Shown here in pieces: positions 32,323-41,452 of a stretch of 64,000 nt of DNA. Source of the DNA: Candidatus Acidiferrales bacterium (GTDB taxonomy: Bacteria; Acidobacteriota; Terriglobia; Acidiferrales; UBA7541). The notes beneath the pieces are model-generated. The model had not been told where the DNA came from. It saw only the letters and a list, made by a program, of their open reading frames with translations, and ran no database searches. The stretch is taken from assembly GCA_035308165.1 (NCBI GenBank), contig DATGHC010000021.1:769-64768 (forward strand). The letters run 5' to 3'. How positions within the stretch are numbered: position 1 is the stretch's first letter; each line of letters starts with the position of its first letter. Position numbers and translations under genes: made by a program.

Positions 32323-33429
32323 TCAGCCTCTTCCTTCGCCTTTACCTTTGGGCGGTGGATTGCCCTTGCCTTTGTTCGATGGAGGTGGAGGTGGCGGCGT
32401 GTTCTTGTGTTGAACCGCAGGCTGATTACGTGGCCTTGGCGGCGGAGCGCTGTTCCCTGTATTGTGGGTAGGCGGAGTCTTGCTGGTGTTCCCATTATTT
32501 CCGCCACCTAATGATTTCCCATTCGCTGGGACATTGGAATTGCGCGCGTTGGGCGGCCGAGTACCGCCATTTCCTCCTCCCGCGCCTTTGTTAGTGTTTG
32601 CCACGCCATTAGTGGAGGTGGAGCCGCCTTTGTTTCCTCCGGCGCCGTTTGCGCCACCTTTATTGGCGATCGCAGCGTTATTCGCCGGGGCGTTCCTTGA
32701 TTTCACCACGCCATTTCCGGACATGACTCCGGGCCGCGGGCTCGCCGCAACTGTGGGCTGGCCATGATTGGCGGAATAATACTGCGCCTTGTTGGTGCTG
32801 GCCGTTTGCTGATGCTGCGTTTGTTCGCTGGTGGCCGCCACGTGATTCTCATGCTCGGCGTTACGCTCCTCGGAGGTGGGCTGAGCATTCGTCCCACCCG
32901 TGCCGCCGTTGAAGCTGGTGCGGTTCACGGTGGTGTTATTGTTGATGACGGTCTTGTTGTAGGTGTTGTGAATCACGGTAACATTTACGTTGTTGACCGA
33001 GCGGTTGTAGGCGAATACACCGCCGCGCCATTCCCCACCGAAGTATCCAGTTCCAACGTACCCAAAGCCGTAGTTAATCCCGCCGTAGAATCCAATGTGT
33101 GGGCCCCAATAACCCGCGTGCCACAAGTAAAGTCCTCCACCCCAGCCCCAATAGCCTGGCGTCCAGAGGACTCCAACCATCGGCGGACGAACCCAAGTGC
33201 CCGGAACCCAATAGTAGCCGTCATCACCGTAAGCCCAGTAGCCGGGCGTCCAGAGGTATCCATCGCCCGGGCAAATGGGCTGAGCATAAACCGGCAAAGC
33301 GGGCGGGCCGATGCGAACAGATACACCGACACCGACGGCAATTTGCGCGGGGGAAGCGGGTGGAATTGCTATCACCGCAACCGCAAGGACCAGGAACAGA
33401 ATGTAACGAATGCTTCTCATTTTCATCAC
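32323..33429 (-). CDS. secreted WXXGXW-repeat protein with disordered Asn/Gly/Pro/Lys-rich tail
   Basis: 368 aa with a signal peptide ending PASPAQ. Four WXXGXW units (WTPGYW, WVPGTW, WTPGYW, WHAGYW). The C-terminal ~170 aa are low complexity and end PPPPPPSNKGKGNPPPKGKGEGRG. Confidence 0.85.
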   Translation of the reverse strand: MMKMRSIRYILFLVLAVAVIAIPPASPAQIAVGVGVSVRIGPPALPVYAQPICPGDGYLWTPGYWAYGDDGYYWVPGTWVRPPMVGVLWTPGYWGWGGGLYLWHAGYWGPHIGFYGGINYGFGYVGTGYFGGEWRGGVFAYNRSVNNVNVTVIHNTYNKTVINNNTTVNRTSFNGGTGGTNAQPTSEERNAEHENHVAATSEQTQHQQTASTNKAQYYSANHGQPTVAASPRPGVMSGNGVVKSRNAPANNAAIANKGGANGAGGNKGGSTSTNGVANTNKGAGGGNGGTRPPNARNSNVPANGKSLGGGNNGNTSKTPPTHNTGNSAPPPRPRNQPAVQHKNTPPPPPPSNKGKGNPPPKGKGEGRG

Positions 33430-33559
33430 CTCTCCGAAATGTCAGGTGCCTGAGCCGGGGTGAAATTCGTCTGCAAGAATACTCCTTTTAGCAAACCCTT
33501 TTCACAAGAGAAAGTCGCGCGGCTTGAATTGATAAACGGCAGGAACGGCAACCTGTGTC

Positions 33560-34270
33560 CTAAAGAATAATCAGGCCCTGGCGGATGCCGATGGCCACGG
33601 CCTCGGCGCGCGTGGAGGCATTCAGCTTGTTGAAGATTGAGGTGATGTGGAATTTTACGGTGTGCTCGGAGATCTTCAGGCGCCAGGCGATTTCTTTGTT
33701 GGCCAGGCCTTGGGCCAGCAGGTTCAGAATTTCACCTTCGCGCGGCGACAAGGACTGAAAGGGTTGCTGGCCCGAAGCTCCTGAACCGGAATTGGACGCT
33801 CCCGCCATTTTCCCGCGGTTATTTTCCAAAATGTAGTCGAGCACATCCGGATGAAACACTTGCAGGCCCGCGGCCGCGGATTCAATTGCGGATTGAATTT
33901 CACCGTCTGTGGCGTAATCAGGGAGGATCCCGCGAACTACGGATTCCGCGGCTTGCATGGCCTCCAAGGCCTCTGAAAATTCTGATTCCCGAATGATCAG
34001 AACTCTCGGGGCGGATTCATTTTCAAATTCCATCGGCGTGGTTCCTGCGGGGTCATCGAATGCCCCAGATTCGAGCAAAACATCCGGAGCAAATTCCAAG
34101 ATTTGCCCTGCTAGGCCGGCACTGTTGAGTGAAGCTCCCACCCATCGCAGCGTAGGTGCCGACTTTACAAGCTCGATGAGCCGGGCGAGATCGGAGGGGG
34201 AATTGGCGCGAACAAATACGTTGATCAATTTGTTTCCCCCGCGGCGCGATCCGCCCGGCACCGAGCGCAT
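33560..34270 (-). CDS. LuxR/NarL-family transcription regulator with degenerate (pseudo-)receiver domain
   Basis: C-terminal HTH LSPREGEILNLLAQGLANKEIAWRLKISEHTVKFHITSIFNKL. The N-terminal receiver-like fold lacks acidic residues in the beta1 loop (VFVRANSPS). It reads PDVLLESG where the phospho-Asp is expected. Confidence 0.85.
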   Translation of the reverse strand: MRSVPGGSRRGGNKLINVFVRANSPSDLARLIELVKSAPTLRWVGASLNSAGLAGQILEFAPDVLLESGAFDDPAGTTPMEFENESAPRVLIIRESEFSEALEAMQAAESVVRGILPDYATDGEIQSAIESAAAGLQVFHPDVLDYILENNRGKMAGASNSGSGASGQQPFQSLSPREGEILNLLAQGLANKEIAWRLKISEHTVKFHITSIFNKLNASTRAEAVAIGIRQGLIIL

Positions 34271-34312
34271 GCCGGATCACATGCTCAGCACACAGTATCT
34301 CAGCATGTTAAA

Positions 34313-35239
34313 TCAAGCGGGGCGTTCACCGATGGTGATGGTGGCTTCGACCAACTTTCCGTTGCGCAGGATTGACGCTCGGGACGGCTTGCCGATGCGA
34401 TCGCCTGAGAGGAAAGTCTGGACGTCGCCGACATCATGAAGAGTGGCTGTTTCCAGGGAAAGGAGCACATCGCCGAGCATGATTCCGGCTTTTTCGGCGG
34501 GGCTTCCGGGCTCGACTCCCATGACCATAATGCCGGTTTCGCTGGAGAGCTTTAGCGAATCCCGAAGATTGCCCGGCAATCGCACGGTTTGCATCCCAAC
34601 GCCCAGATAGGCGCGGCCGATATGGCCTTTCTTCACCAACTCCGCAACAACCCGCTCGACGGTTGATGGGGGAATCACAACAGCGGCGAGCCGCGAGAGT
34701 CCTGAAGTGTTTACGCCCATAACGCGGCCTTGATCATTCACTGCTGGGCCGCCCGAAAGATTGGGGTGGAGCCTGCGGTCCAGGCGGACAGTCTGGTCAA
34801 GTAAGCCGCCGCGCCAGGTTCGCAAAGCGGGCCCGGTTACGCCCACAATTGTTAGCGCTGCCCTGGACGCGCCTTCCGCGGTGCGTCCCATGGCCAGGAG
34901 CCAATTTCCCGTCTTCAGGGTTGAGGCATCGCCTATTTCAGCCACGGGCAGATTCCCGCCCTCAAATTTGAGGATGGCCAGGTCGGTGCTTGGGTCGCGG
35001 CCAGCCAGGGTTGCCGCGGCGGTGCGGCCATCGGGTAAAGTGACGGTGATTTCGTCGTCGCGTTCGATGGTGTGCTCAGCGGTGACGATGATTCCCGGTT
35101 TCCAATGTATGCCACTTGAGGGGATACGCCGTCGCGCATGGACCGCGACGACGGACTGCCCGGCCTTTTCGACCGAGCTTGCAAATTCGCCTGATAATGT
35201 TCGCCAAGTGGCTGAAATTGCGGATATTTCGCTGCTCAT
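34313..35239 (-). CDS. S1C (HtrA/DegP-like) serine protease with PDZ domain, no signal peptide
   Basis: Triad contexts TAEHTI, STDLAILKF, NLSGGPAV. PDZ-like GIMVMGVEPGSPAEKAGIMLGDVLL. The ATG at 35239 follows GGGAGGG. The track ORF extends to ATG 35329. Neither N-terminus is hydrophobic. Confidence 0.85.
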   Translation of the reverse strand: MSSEISAISATWRTLSGEFASSVEKAGQSVVAVHARRRIPSSGIHWKPGIIVTAEHTIERDDEITVTLPDGRTAAATLAGRDPSTDLAILKFEGGNLPVAEIGDASTLKTGNWLLAMGRTAEGASRAALTIVGVTGPALRTWRGGLLDQTVRLDRRLHPNLSGGPAVNDQGRVMGVNTSGLSRLAAVVIPPSTVERVVAELVKKGHIGRAYLGVGMQTVRLPGNLRDSLKLSSETGIMVMGVEPGSPAEKAGIMLGDVLLSLETATLHDVGDVQTFLSGDRIGKPSRASILRNGKLVEATITIGERPA

Positions 35240-35459
35240 GGGCCCTCCCAGGGTCAATTCAAGAATGCCGTCCGGCTTGATCAGCCAGCCGGACAAAACA
35301 AGCTTAGCGCGTTCAAATTGTATGGACATCGCCCGAATGGCTAGGTGGCTCTGCGATTGCGCGGGTGGTTCACAGGTGCGAATGCCTTACGACTAATTGG
35401 AGTCCTTGACCTAACCGCTCCTGACGGTCGTCGTCTAATCCACGAAAGGGGGTGGGAAT

Positions 35460-36413
35460 ATGTTCGACCAATTCAAACTGTACAAGATCGCGGGGGCTTG
35501 CGGAGCAGCGCTGTTGCTGGCCGCTGCGGGGATCCAGGCAAGCCAGCCGCAATTAAACGTACGCATGAAGAATGTATCCGGCACCACAAGTTCGCATGGT
35601 TCGATCCGGCAGTGCAGCGATCTGGAGGTCTCATTTGAACGCGGAGCGCGCGTTGCGCATTCCGAGCAGACAATCACAATCCCTCACGCCTCTGCGCCTG
35701 TGTTGCGCGCTCATCTCAGTGGAGCTTCCGGCATGACCATTTTCACGGGCACCGGCGCCGATTATTCCGTTACCGCGTGCAAATTTGCCGCGGCGACTTA
35801 CGCCTCCTCAAGCAACGAGAACCTGGACGCTATCCACGTGACCGTACAAAACGGGGAGCTGCAAACAAAAATCCCCGAAGACGACAATTGGCTGCTCTAT
35901 CTGATCATTCAAGCGCCCAGCGGCGCGGATCTGGATGTATCCACAAGGAATGGACCGATGGAATTGCGCGATCTATCCGGCAAGATAACAGCGCATGTGG
36001 AAAATGGACCGCTCAGTCTTACCCATTGCACCGGCGAAGTGGATGGCAGCGCCATCAACGGCCCGCTCAGCGTGAACGGGAGCAGTGGAAGGATGCATGT
36101 GCGTACGGAAAATGGGCCGCTCAGCGTCAGGCTCGAAGGAAACAGGTGGGAAAATGGAGGGATTGAAGGAAGCACGCAGAACGGCCCATTGGACCTGGGC
36201 GTGGCCGCGGGATATCTTTCGGGAGTGCTGGTGAAATCCGATGGCTATTCACCGATGAGCTGCCGGGCCGCGGCATGCAGCGAAGCGCAACGCACCTGGG
36301 ACGACAATTCGCGGCGAATTGAAATCGGCAAACAGCCCGTGGTCATTCACCTCTCCACGCACAATGGCCCGGTAAGCGTTAATTCACGCACTTCGTCTGA
36401 CGACGACATTTAG
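35460..36413 (+). CDS. secreted Toastrack/DUF4097-like beta-helix repeat protein
   Basis: 317 aa. Strong RBS GGGGGTGGG and signal-like AGACGAALLLAAAGIQA. Seven spaced NGP(L/M/V)-x-(L/V) repeats (TRNGPMEL, VENGPLSL, AINGPLSV, TENGPLSV, WENGGIEG, TQNGPLDL, THNGPVSV). Confidence 0.8.
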   Translation: MFDQFKLYKIAGACGAALLLAAAGIQASQPQLNVRMKNVSGTTSSHGSIRQCSDLEVSFERGARVAHSEQTITIPHASAPVLRAHLSGASGMTIFTGTGADYSVTACKFAAATYASSSNENLDAIHVTVQNGELQTKIPEDDNWLLYLIIQAPSGADLDVSTRNGPMELRDLSGKITAHVENGPLSLTHCTGEVDGSAINGPLSVNGSSGRMHVRTENGPLSVRLEGNRWENGGIEGSTQNGPLDLGVAAGYLSGVLVKSDGYSPMSCRAAACSEAQRTWDDNSRRIEIGKQPVVIHLSTHNGPVSVNSRTSSDDDI

Positions 36414-36439
36414 CAGCAAACTTGATTTTCATTGGGAGG

Positions 36440-36468
36440 CGCCGGGAGAGATTTTCTCCCGGCGTTTT
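36440..36468. terminator. Rho-independent terminator between convergent genes
   Basis: 10-bp perfect GC-rich stem CGCCGGGAGA / TCTCCCGGCG (36440-36449 with 36455-36464), 5-nt loop, followed by TTTTCATTTT. Confidence 0.8.
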
Positions 36469-36493
36469 CATTTTGTGGAAACAAAATCCGGAA

Positions 36494-36853
36494 CTATTTC
36501 TTCGCGCGGCGCCAAACCGCGAAGGACATGCCCTGCGGGTCCAGCAACACAGCCATTTCATCGCCCTCCGGTAAGACCGTGGGAGGAATCAGCAGCTTCG
36601 CTCCCAACCCTTCGGCTTTCTGGACGGAAGCTCTCACGTCGTCCACGCCCATAAAAAGCTGAACGAAATTGGGAGACTGCGGCGGAGCAGGCCAGATGCC
36701 GCCCTGAATTCCTTCCTTCGAGCCGGTGTCAATCTTGCGAAAACCCATGGGATTGTTCGCGTCCACGCTCCACCCGAAGAGTGAGGAGTAGAACTTAGCC
36801 GTTTCGTCCGGCGTCTTCGACAATATTTGAAATTGCAAAACTGGATTGGTCAT
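36494..36853 (-). CDS. VOC (glyoxalase/bleomycin-resistance) family protein
   Basis: 119 aa, single VOC-like module (FYSSLFGWSV...GGIWPA...FMGVDDV...GAKLLIPP...AVLLDPQG). The start overlaps the upstream stop as ATGA. Confidence 0.8.
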   Translation of the reverse strand: MTNPVLQFQILSKTPDETAKFYSSLFGWSVDANNPMGFRKIDTGSKEGIQGGIWPAPPQSPNFVQLFMGVDDVRASVQKAEGLGAKLLIPPTVLPEGDEMAVLLDPQGMSFAVWRRAKK

Positions 36854-37449
36854 CTTGCCTCCGGGCTGGCTTTCGCGCAGGGACTTGTCTGCTTCTCAGT
36901 TGCACTTTCTCTGACTCTCGCGAGCGCCAGGGTCCGGAAGTCGCGTTCCGTCAAAGGCTGCAAGCCGGTCGTATCGGCCCATTGGTTGGACGCTTTCATT
37001 TCCAGCAGACGGAGCCGCAGAAGACGGCTCAGCGCAAGATTCACTTCGTCCACGGGTGCATCTATCTGCTTTGCGATCCAACGGCAATCCGCCCGAAATT
37101 CAGGAGTTTGAGAGAGCCGCAGAATTTGCCAATGGACGGCCTGCGTTGCGATTCCCGCGCCCTCGGCGGCCCACTCCTGGAGCGCTTCCTGCTTTAGAGC
37201 CGCCGCGCGATTGGGTACGGATTCGGCGGCAACGAACCAAGCGATTTCCTCCTGTCCCATTCCCAACTTTTTTCCCCAACTCCGAATCCGGTTCAGCGGG
37301 ACTCGGCGCCTGCCGCGAAGAATCTGCGAAAGCGTGGAATGATCCGATTCCAGGAACGCTGCAAATGCGCGGAGCGAGTAGCGCCGGTTCTTCCTTTGGC
37401 GCGCCGCAAGCTCCCCGTTCAAATATTCGCGAAACGATGTTCCGTCCAT
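36850..37449 (-). CDS. TIGR02147/DUF4423-like helix-turn-helix protein
   Basis: FREYLNGELAARQRKNRRYSLRAFAAFLESDHSTLSQILRGRRRV matches the N-terminal pattern of that family. ATG 37449 is preferred over the track start at 37524. Confidence 0.6.
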   Translation of the reverse strand: MDGTSFREYLNGELAARQRKNRRYSLRAFAAFLESDHSTLSQILRGRRRVPLNRIRSWGKKLGMGQEEIAWFVAAESVPNRAAALKQEALQEWAAEGAGIATQAVHWQILRLSQTPEFRADCRWIAKQIDAPVDEVNLALSRLLRLRLLEMKASNQWADTTGLQPLTERDFRTLALARVRESATEKQTSPCAKASPEAR

Positions 37450-37581
37450 GCGCCCGATCGTACGGGAAGAAATCCGCATCCGCAATGGGCGTGAACGACA
37501 AAGCGGGGCAAGCCATTGCCCCACCTGCCTGAAGGATGCGCCTGCCTGTTCCGAAATTGACGCTCTGCTATACTCGCGCGG

Positions 37582-40215
37582 ATGGCTGCTTCCAAACCTG
37601 CCAAGAAACTTTTCCTGGTGGACGCGATGGGCTTCATTTTTCGCGCGTTTTTTGCGCCAATGGAGCGGCTGCGCAGCCCCTCGGGCATGCCCACTAAGGT
37701 CCCCTATTTATTTGTGCAAATGTTGCGGCGCCTGATGCGTGACTACCAGCCGGATTATCTGGCGGTGGCGTTTGACCTGCCCGAGCCGACCTTCCGGGAC
37801 AAGCTTTTCGCGGAATACAAAGCGCAGCGGCCGCCCATGCCCGACGATCTCGCGGTGCAATTGCCGTATGTGAAGCGACTGTGCGAAGCGTTGCGGCTGC
37901 CGATTCTGGCCGAGCCGGGTTATGAGGCGGACGACATTATCGGAACGCTTGCAGCGCAGGGGATCAAGCGCAAACTGGACATTTACGTGGTGACCAGCGA
38001 CAAGGATTTTTTGCAACTGGTTGGCGGTTCGGTGCGTGTCCTGATTCCCACCAAGCAGGATTTGCTGGTGGACGAGGCGAAGGTCGTCGAGCTTTTGGGC
38101 GTGACGCCGGATAGGGTGGCGGACGTGATGGCGCTGATGGGCGACTCGATTGACAACATACCCGGCGCAAAAGGAATCGGAGAAAAGGGCGCGCGGGAGC
38201 TCATCCAACGGTTCGGGTCAGTGGAAAAGGCGCTGGACAACGCGGACAAGGTCGAGGGCAAGCGGTATCGCGAGGCTCTGCAGACGCAGCGCGAACAAGT
38301 GATGATGTCCAAAAAGCTGGCTACGATTTCCAGGGATGCGCCCATCCAACTGGAGTTGGAAAAACTTACCGCGCGGGAACCGGATACCCAAGCGCTGCGC
38401 GAGCTATACGCCGAGCTTGGATTTACATCCCTGCTGAAAGAACTTGGGCCGGCGGCGCCATCGGCGGAAACTTTGGGTGAGCGCGATTACGCAGAACTGG
38501 ATTCGCCCGAAGCGGTGCGCAAATTTCTGGCCGCGGTGGACCACGAGCAGGAAATCGCCGCCTGGCTGGAGATTGCGGCGCGCGGGGCCGACGACGAACA
38601 GGAAGAAGAAGGATTCGGCAGCAGCATCGCCGCGATCGAGCTATCTCCAAAAGCGAGTGTTGCGCGCACTTTCCACCTTCCGGCCGATGATAAAAAGCGC
38701 GGCGAGTGGATCGCGGCTTTGCAATCCTGGCTGGCGGATGTGAAACGGCCCAAAATTGTCCACGACCCCAAGCTTTTCGCACTGTTGCTCGGACCGGTAT
38801 CGGGAATTCGTCACGCCACCATGCTTTATTCCTATTTATTGCGGCCCACCACGGCGAACCACGAATTCGGGGACGTTGCGCTCCGCTATTTGAATATTTC
38901 CGTGGGCGCTTCGGCGGGCGGGCGCGCGGATTCGCTTCAGCGGCTCGCGCCGGTGCTTCGACAGCAAGTGGAAGCGCAAAAACTGGAGCGCCTTTACGAA
39001 ACGATTGATCTCCCACTCGCGCCGGTGCTGGCCGAAATGGAAACATACGGAGTCCGCGTGGACCCGGAAGCGCTGGCGGCCATGTCCGCGTCCATGGAAG
39101 GTGAGATTCGCACGCTCGAATCGCGCATCTGGGAATTGGCGGGTGTGGAGTTCAACATCAATTCGCCGCAACAACTCGCGGAAATACTGTTCGACAAGAT
39201 GAATTTGCAACCGCCTGCGCGGCGCGGGAAGGCGCGCTCGACGGCGGCGGAAGTGCTCGAAGTGCTGGCTCTGACTCACGAACTGCCCAAGAAAGTGCTG
39301 GAATACCGGGAACTCACGAAATTGAAATCCACATACGTGGACGCGCTGCCGCGACTGATTCACGGGGATACCGGCCGACTGCACACGCGCTTCAGCCAGA
39401 CGGGGACGGCGACGGGGCGGCTCAGTTCGTACGAACCAAATCTGCAAAACATTCCAGTGCGTACGGAGCTGGGCCGGCAGATCCGCGCGGCATTTGCGGC
39501 GGCTCCGGGGATGACCTTGCTGTCCGCCGATTATTCGCAGATCGAATTGCGCATCCTGGCTCATCTCTCCGGAGATACCGTTCTCACCGACGCGTTCCGC
39601 CACGGAGAAGACATCCACGCGCGCACCGCGCAGGAAGTTTTCGGGGTGGGGCCGCTGGCGCAGACCGCCGAGCACCGTCGCGTGGCGAAGGTCATCAACT
39701 TTGGAATTATTTACGGGCTTTCGGCGTTTGGACTGGCGCAGCAACTGGGGACGGATACGAGTGAAGCGGCGAAATTCATCGCGGCATATTTCGCAAAGTA
39801 CAAGGGAGTGAAAGCGTTTCTGGAGGGCACGGTCGAGGAAGTGCGCAAGAAAGGATATACGACAACTCTGTTTGGCCGGACCCGGCCCATCCCGGAAATC
39901 AATTCGCCGCAAATCAATCTGCGCAATTTCGCCGAGCGGACCGCCCTGAACACGCCCATTCAGGGGACAGCGGCGGACTTGATCAAGCTGGCCATGATTG
40001 AAATTGCGAAGCGGTTTCCGAAAGAAAAATTCCAGGCGAAAATGATTTTGCAGGTACACGACGAACTTCTGTTTGAAGCGCCGCCAGGCGAAATGTCCCG
40101 GCTCAATGCGCTGGTGAAAGAGTGCATGGAAGAAGTGCACAAGCTTAGTGTGCCCATTAAGGTGGATTTGAAGGCCGGGCCGAATTGGCGGGACATGAAA
40201 GAAATTAGAAACTGA
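37582..40215 (+). CDS. polA: DNA polymerase I
   Basis: 877 aa. 5' nuclease N-terminus LFLVDAMGFIFRAFFA. Polymerase motif A LLSADYSQIELRILAHLS, motif B RRVAKVINFGIIYG, motif C LQVHDELLFE. Confidence 0.97.
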   Translation: MAASKPAKKLFLVDAMGFIFRAFFAPMERLRSPSGMPTKVPYLFVQMLRRLMRDYQPDYLAVAFDLPEPTFRDKLFAEYKAQRPPMPDDLAVQLPYVKRLCEALRLPILAEPGYEADDIIGTLAAQGIKRKLDIYVVTSDKDFLQLVGGSVRVLIPTKQDLLVDEAKVVELLGVTPDRVADVMALMGDSIDNIPGAKGIGEKGARELIQRFGSVEKALDNADKVEGKRYREALQTQREQVMMSKKLATISRDAPIQLELEKLTAREPDTQALRELYAELGFTSLLKELGPAAPSAETLGERDYAELDSPEAVRKFLAAVDHEQEIAAWLEIAARGADDEQEEEGFGSSIAAIELSPKASVARTFHLPADDKKRGEWIAALQSWLADVKRPKIVHDPKLFALLLGPVSGIRHATMLYSYLLRPTTANHEFGDVALRYLNISVGASAGGRADSLQRLAPVLRQQVEAQKLERLYETIDLPLAPVLAEMETYGVRVDPEALAAMSASMEGEIRTLESRIWELAGVEFNINSPQQLAEILFDKMNLQPPARRGKARSTAAEVLEVLALTHELPKKVLEYRELTKLKSTYVDALPRLIHGDTGRLHTRFSQTGTATGRLSSYEPNLQNIPVRTELGRQIRAAFAAAPGMTLLSADYSQIELRILAHLSGDTVLTDAFRHGEDIHARTAQEVFGVGPLAQTAEHRRVAKVINFGIIYGLSAFGLAQQLGTDTSEAAKFIAAYFAKYKGVKAFLEGTVEEVRKKGYTTTLFGRTRPIPEINSPQINLRNFAERTALNTPIQGTAADLIKLAMIEIAKRFPKEKFQAKMILQVHDELLFEAPPGEMSRLNALVKECMEEVHKLSVPIKVDLKAGPNWRDMKEIRN

Positions 40216-40329
40216 AGAGCGAACTCCTTCCGGTGAAGAGACACGGAGTTCGCAGAGAAAGTCTAAGAAAGAAAAAACCGATTCTCCGGAAGGACTCCCT
40301 CGCAGAATTTGGCTGGGCTTTCCTCGATC

Positions 40330-40884
40330 TTAGTGGGGGACCGAATTCACATAAACGCCATACCAGTCCGTGGCAATTTTTTGCTGGGCATCCTGCAACG
40401 TGAGGCGGCCCGCACAAACCTGGTCGTGCAGATAATTTTCCACTTTGTCTTTGTAATGCGCGCCACCATCGGCGATTGACGTTTGGTAGGGCTCGGGCCA
40501 GAGATTATGGGGATCAGTGGGATTCCCGCCGATTTCCAGCGGGATCAGATGATCCTCCTCATAATCCCGCAAGTCCGCATCGGCATAGCCGTATTCGCGG
40601 ATTTGGCGCACTTTCAATTCGTGCGTATAGCTTTCCGGCGGGCGAATGGATTTCGTGCTCCAGTGGGGATTGCAGATCGTGTCTTGAATATTCTCCTGCG
40701 TGATATCTGGATTCGCCGCGCCTGGAGTGCGTACAGGATCGGGATAAATCTCAGGAGGACCAACGCGCGAATTGGTGGAAGAAAACTGCCCGGGGTGCGG
40801 TGAAGGCTGGCGCACGATGCGGTAAACGATAAATATCAGAAGGACAACCAAAAGGATTAGGAGCCGGGATCTGGAACGGGACAT
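40330..40884 (-). CDS. membrane-anchored HNH-like nuclease-fold protein
   Basis: The internal ATG at 40884 gives MSRSRSRLLILLVVLLIFIVYRIV (TM anchor). C-terminal YEEDHLIPLEIGGNPTDPHNLWPE is an HNH-type motif. The track ORF extends to 41037. Confidence 0.6.
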   Translation of the reverse strand: MSRSRSRLLILLVVLLIFIVYRIVRQPSPHPGQFSSTNSRVGPPEIYPDPVRTPGAANPDITQENIQDTICNPHWSTKSIRPPESYTHELKVRQIREYGYADADLRDYEEDHLIPLEIGGNPTDPHNLWPEPYQTSIADGGAHYKDKVENYLHDQVCAGRLTLQDAQQKIATDWYGVYVNSVPH

Positions 40885-41052
40885 CGAGATCAGTTTATCG
40901 CAAGCGTTGTGTTTCCCGGCTGAACGAAATGGAGCGATTGACTGCGCGTCATGGGTCCATAGCCGCATGACGTAGTACCCGGAGCGTATAGCGGCACGCC
41001 GAAAAACTGTGCTAGGCTCTGGCGCTGTGATCGGCATTCATAAGGCGGCGAG

Positions 41053-41424
41053 ATGAAACACTCCGAGGGTTTCCTAAGGCTGGTGAACGAAGCGCGCTCG
41101 CGCATCCGCGAAACCAATGTGGCGGAAGTCCGGCGGCGCAAGGATGCGGGCGAAAAATTCACGCTGGTTGACGTGCGCGAGGAGAGCGAGTGGGCGCGCG
41201 GCCATCTTCCCGATGCCGTGTATTTGGGAAGAGGCATCCTGGAACGCGACGTGGAGCTGCGCTTCCCAGACAAGAGTACGGAGCTGATCCTCTATTGCGG
41301 CGGAGGTTTCCGGTCGGCGCTCTCCGCGGACAATCTGCAGAAGATGGGATACACGAATGTTGCTTCGATGGACGGCGGCTGGCGTGGATGGCTGGAAGCC
41401 GGATTGCCCACGGTGAAGGATTAG
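41053..41424 (+). CDS. rhodanese-domain sulfurtransferase
   Basis: 123 aa with active-site loop LYCGGGFRS. Confidence 0.85.
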   Translation: MKHSEGFLRLVNEARSRIRETNVAEVRRRKDAGEKFTLVDVREESEWARGHLPDAVYLGRGILERDVELRFPDKSTELILYCGGGFRSALSADNLQKMGYTNVASMDGGWRGWLEAGLPTVKD

Positions 41425-41452
41425 AGTCATCCCAAAAGCCACAGAGGAAAAT

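Noticed and set aside
38836-40140. 434-aa minus-strand ORF inside polA.
   Set aside because: It is antisense to the conserved polymerase domain, Arg/Phe/His-rich, and has no recognisable motif.
40219-40253. 9-bp inverted repeat GCGAACTCC / GGAGTTCGC after polA, as a possible terminator.
   Set aside because: The loop is 17 nt and there is no U-tract on either strand. I saw it but cannot support a terminator call.
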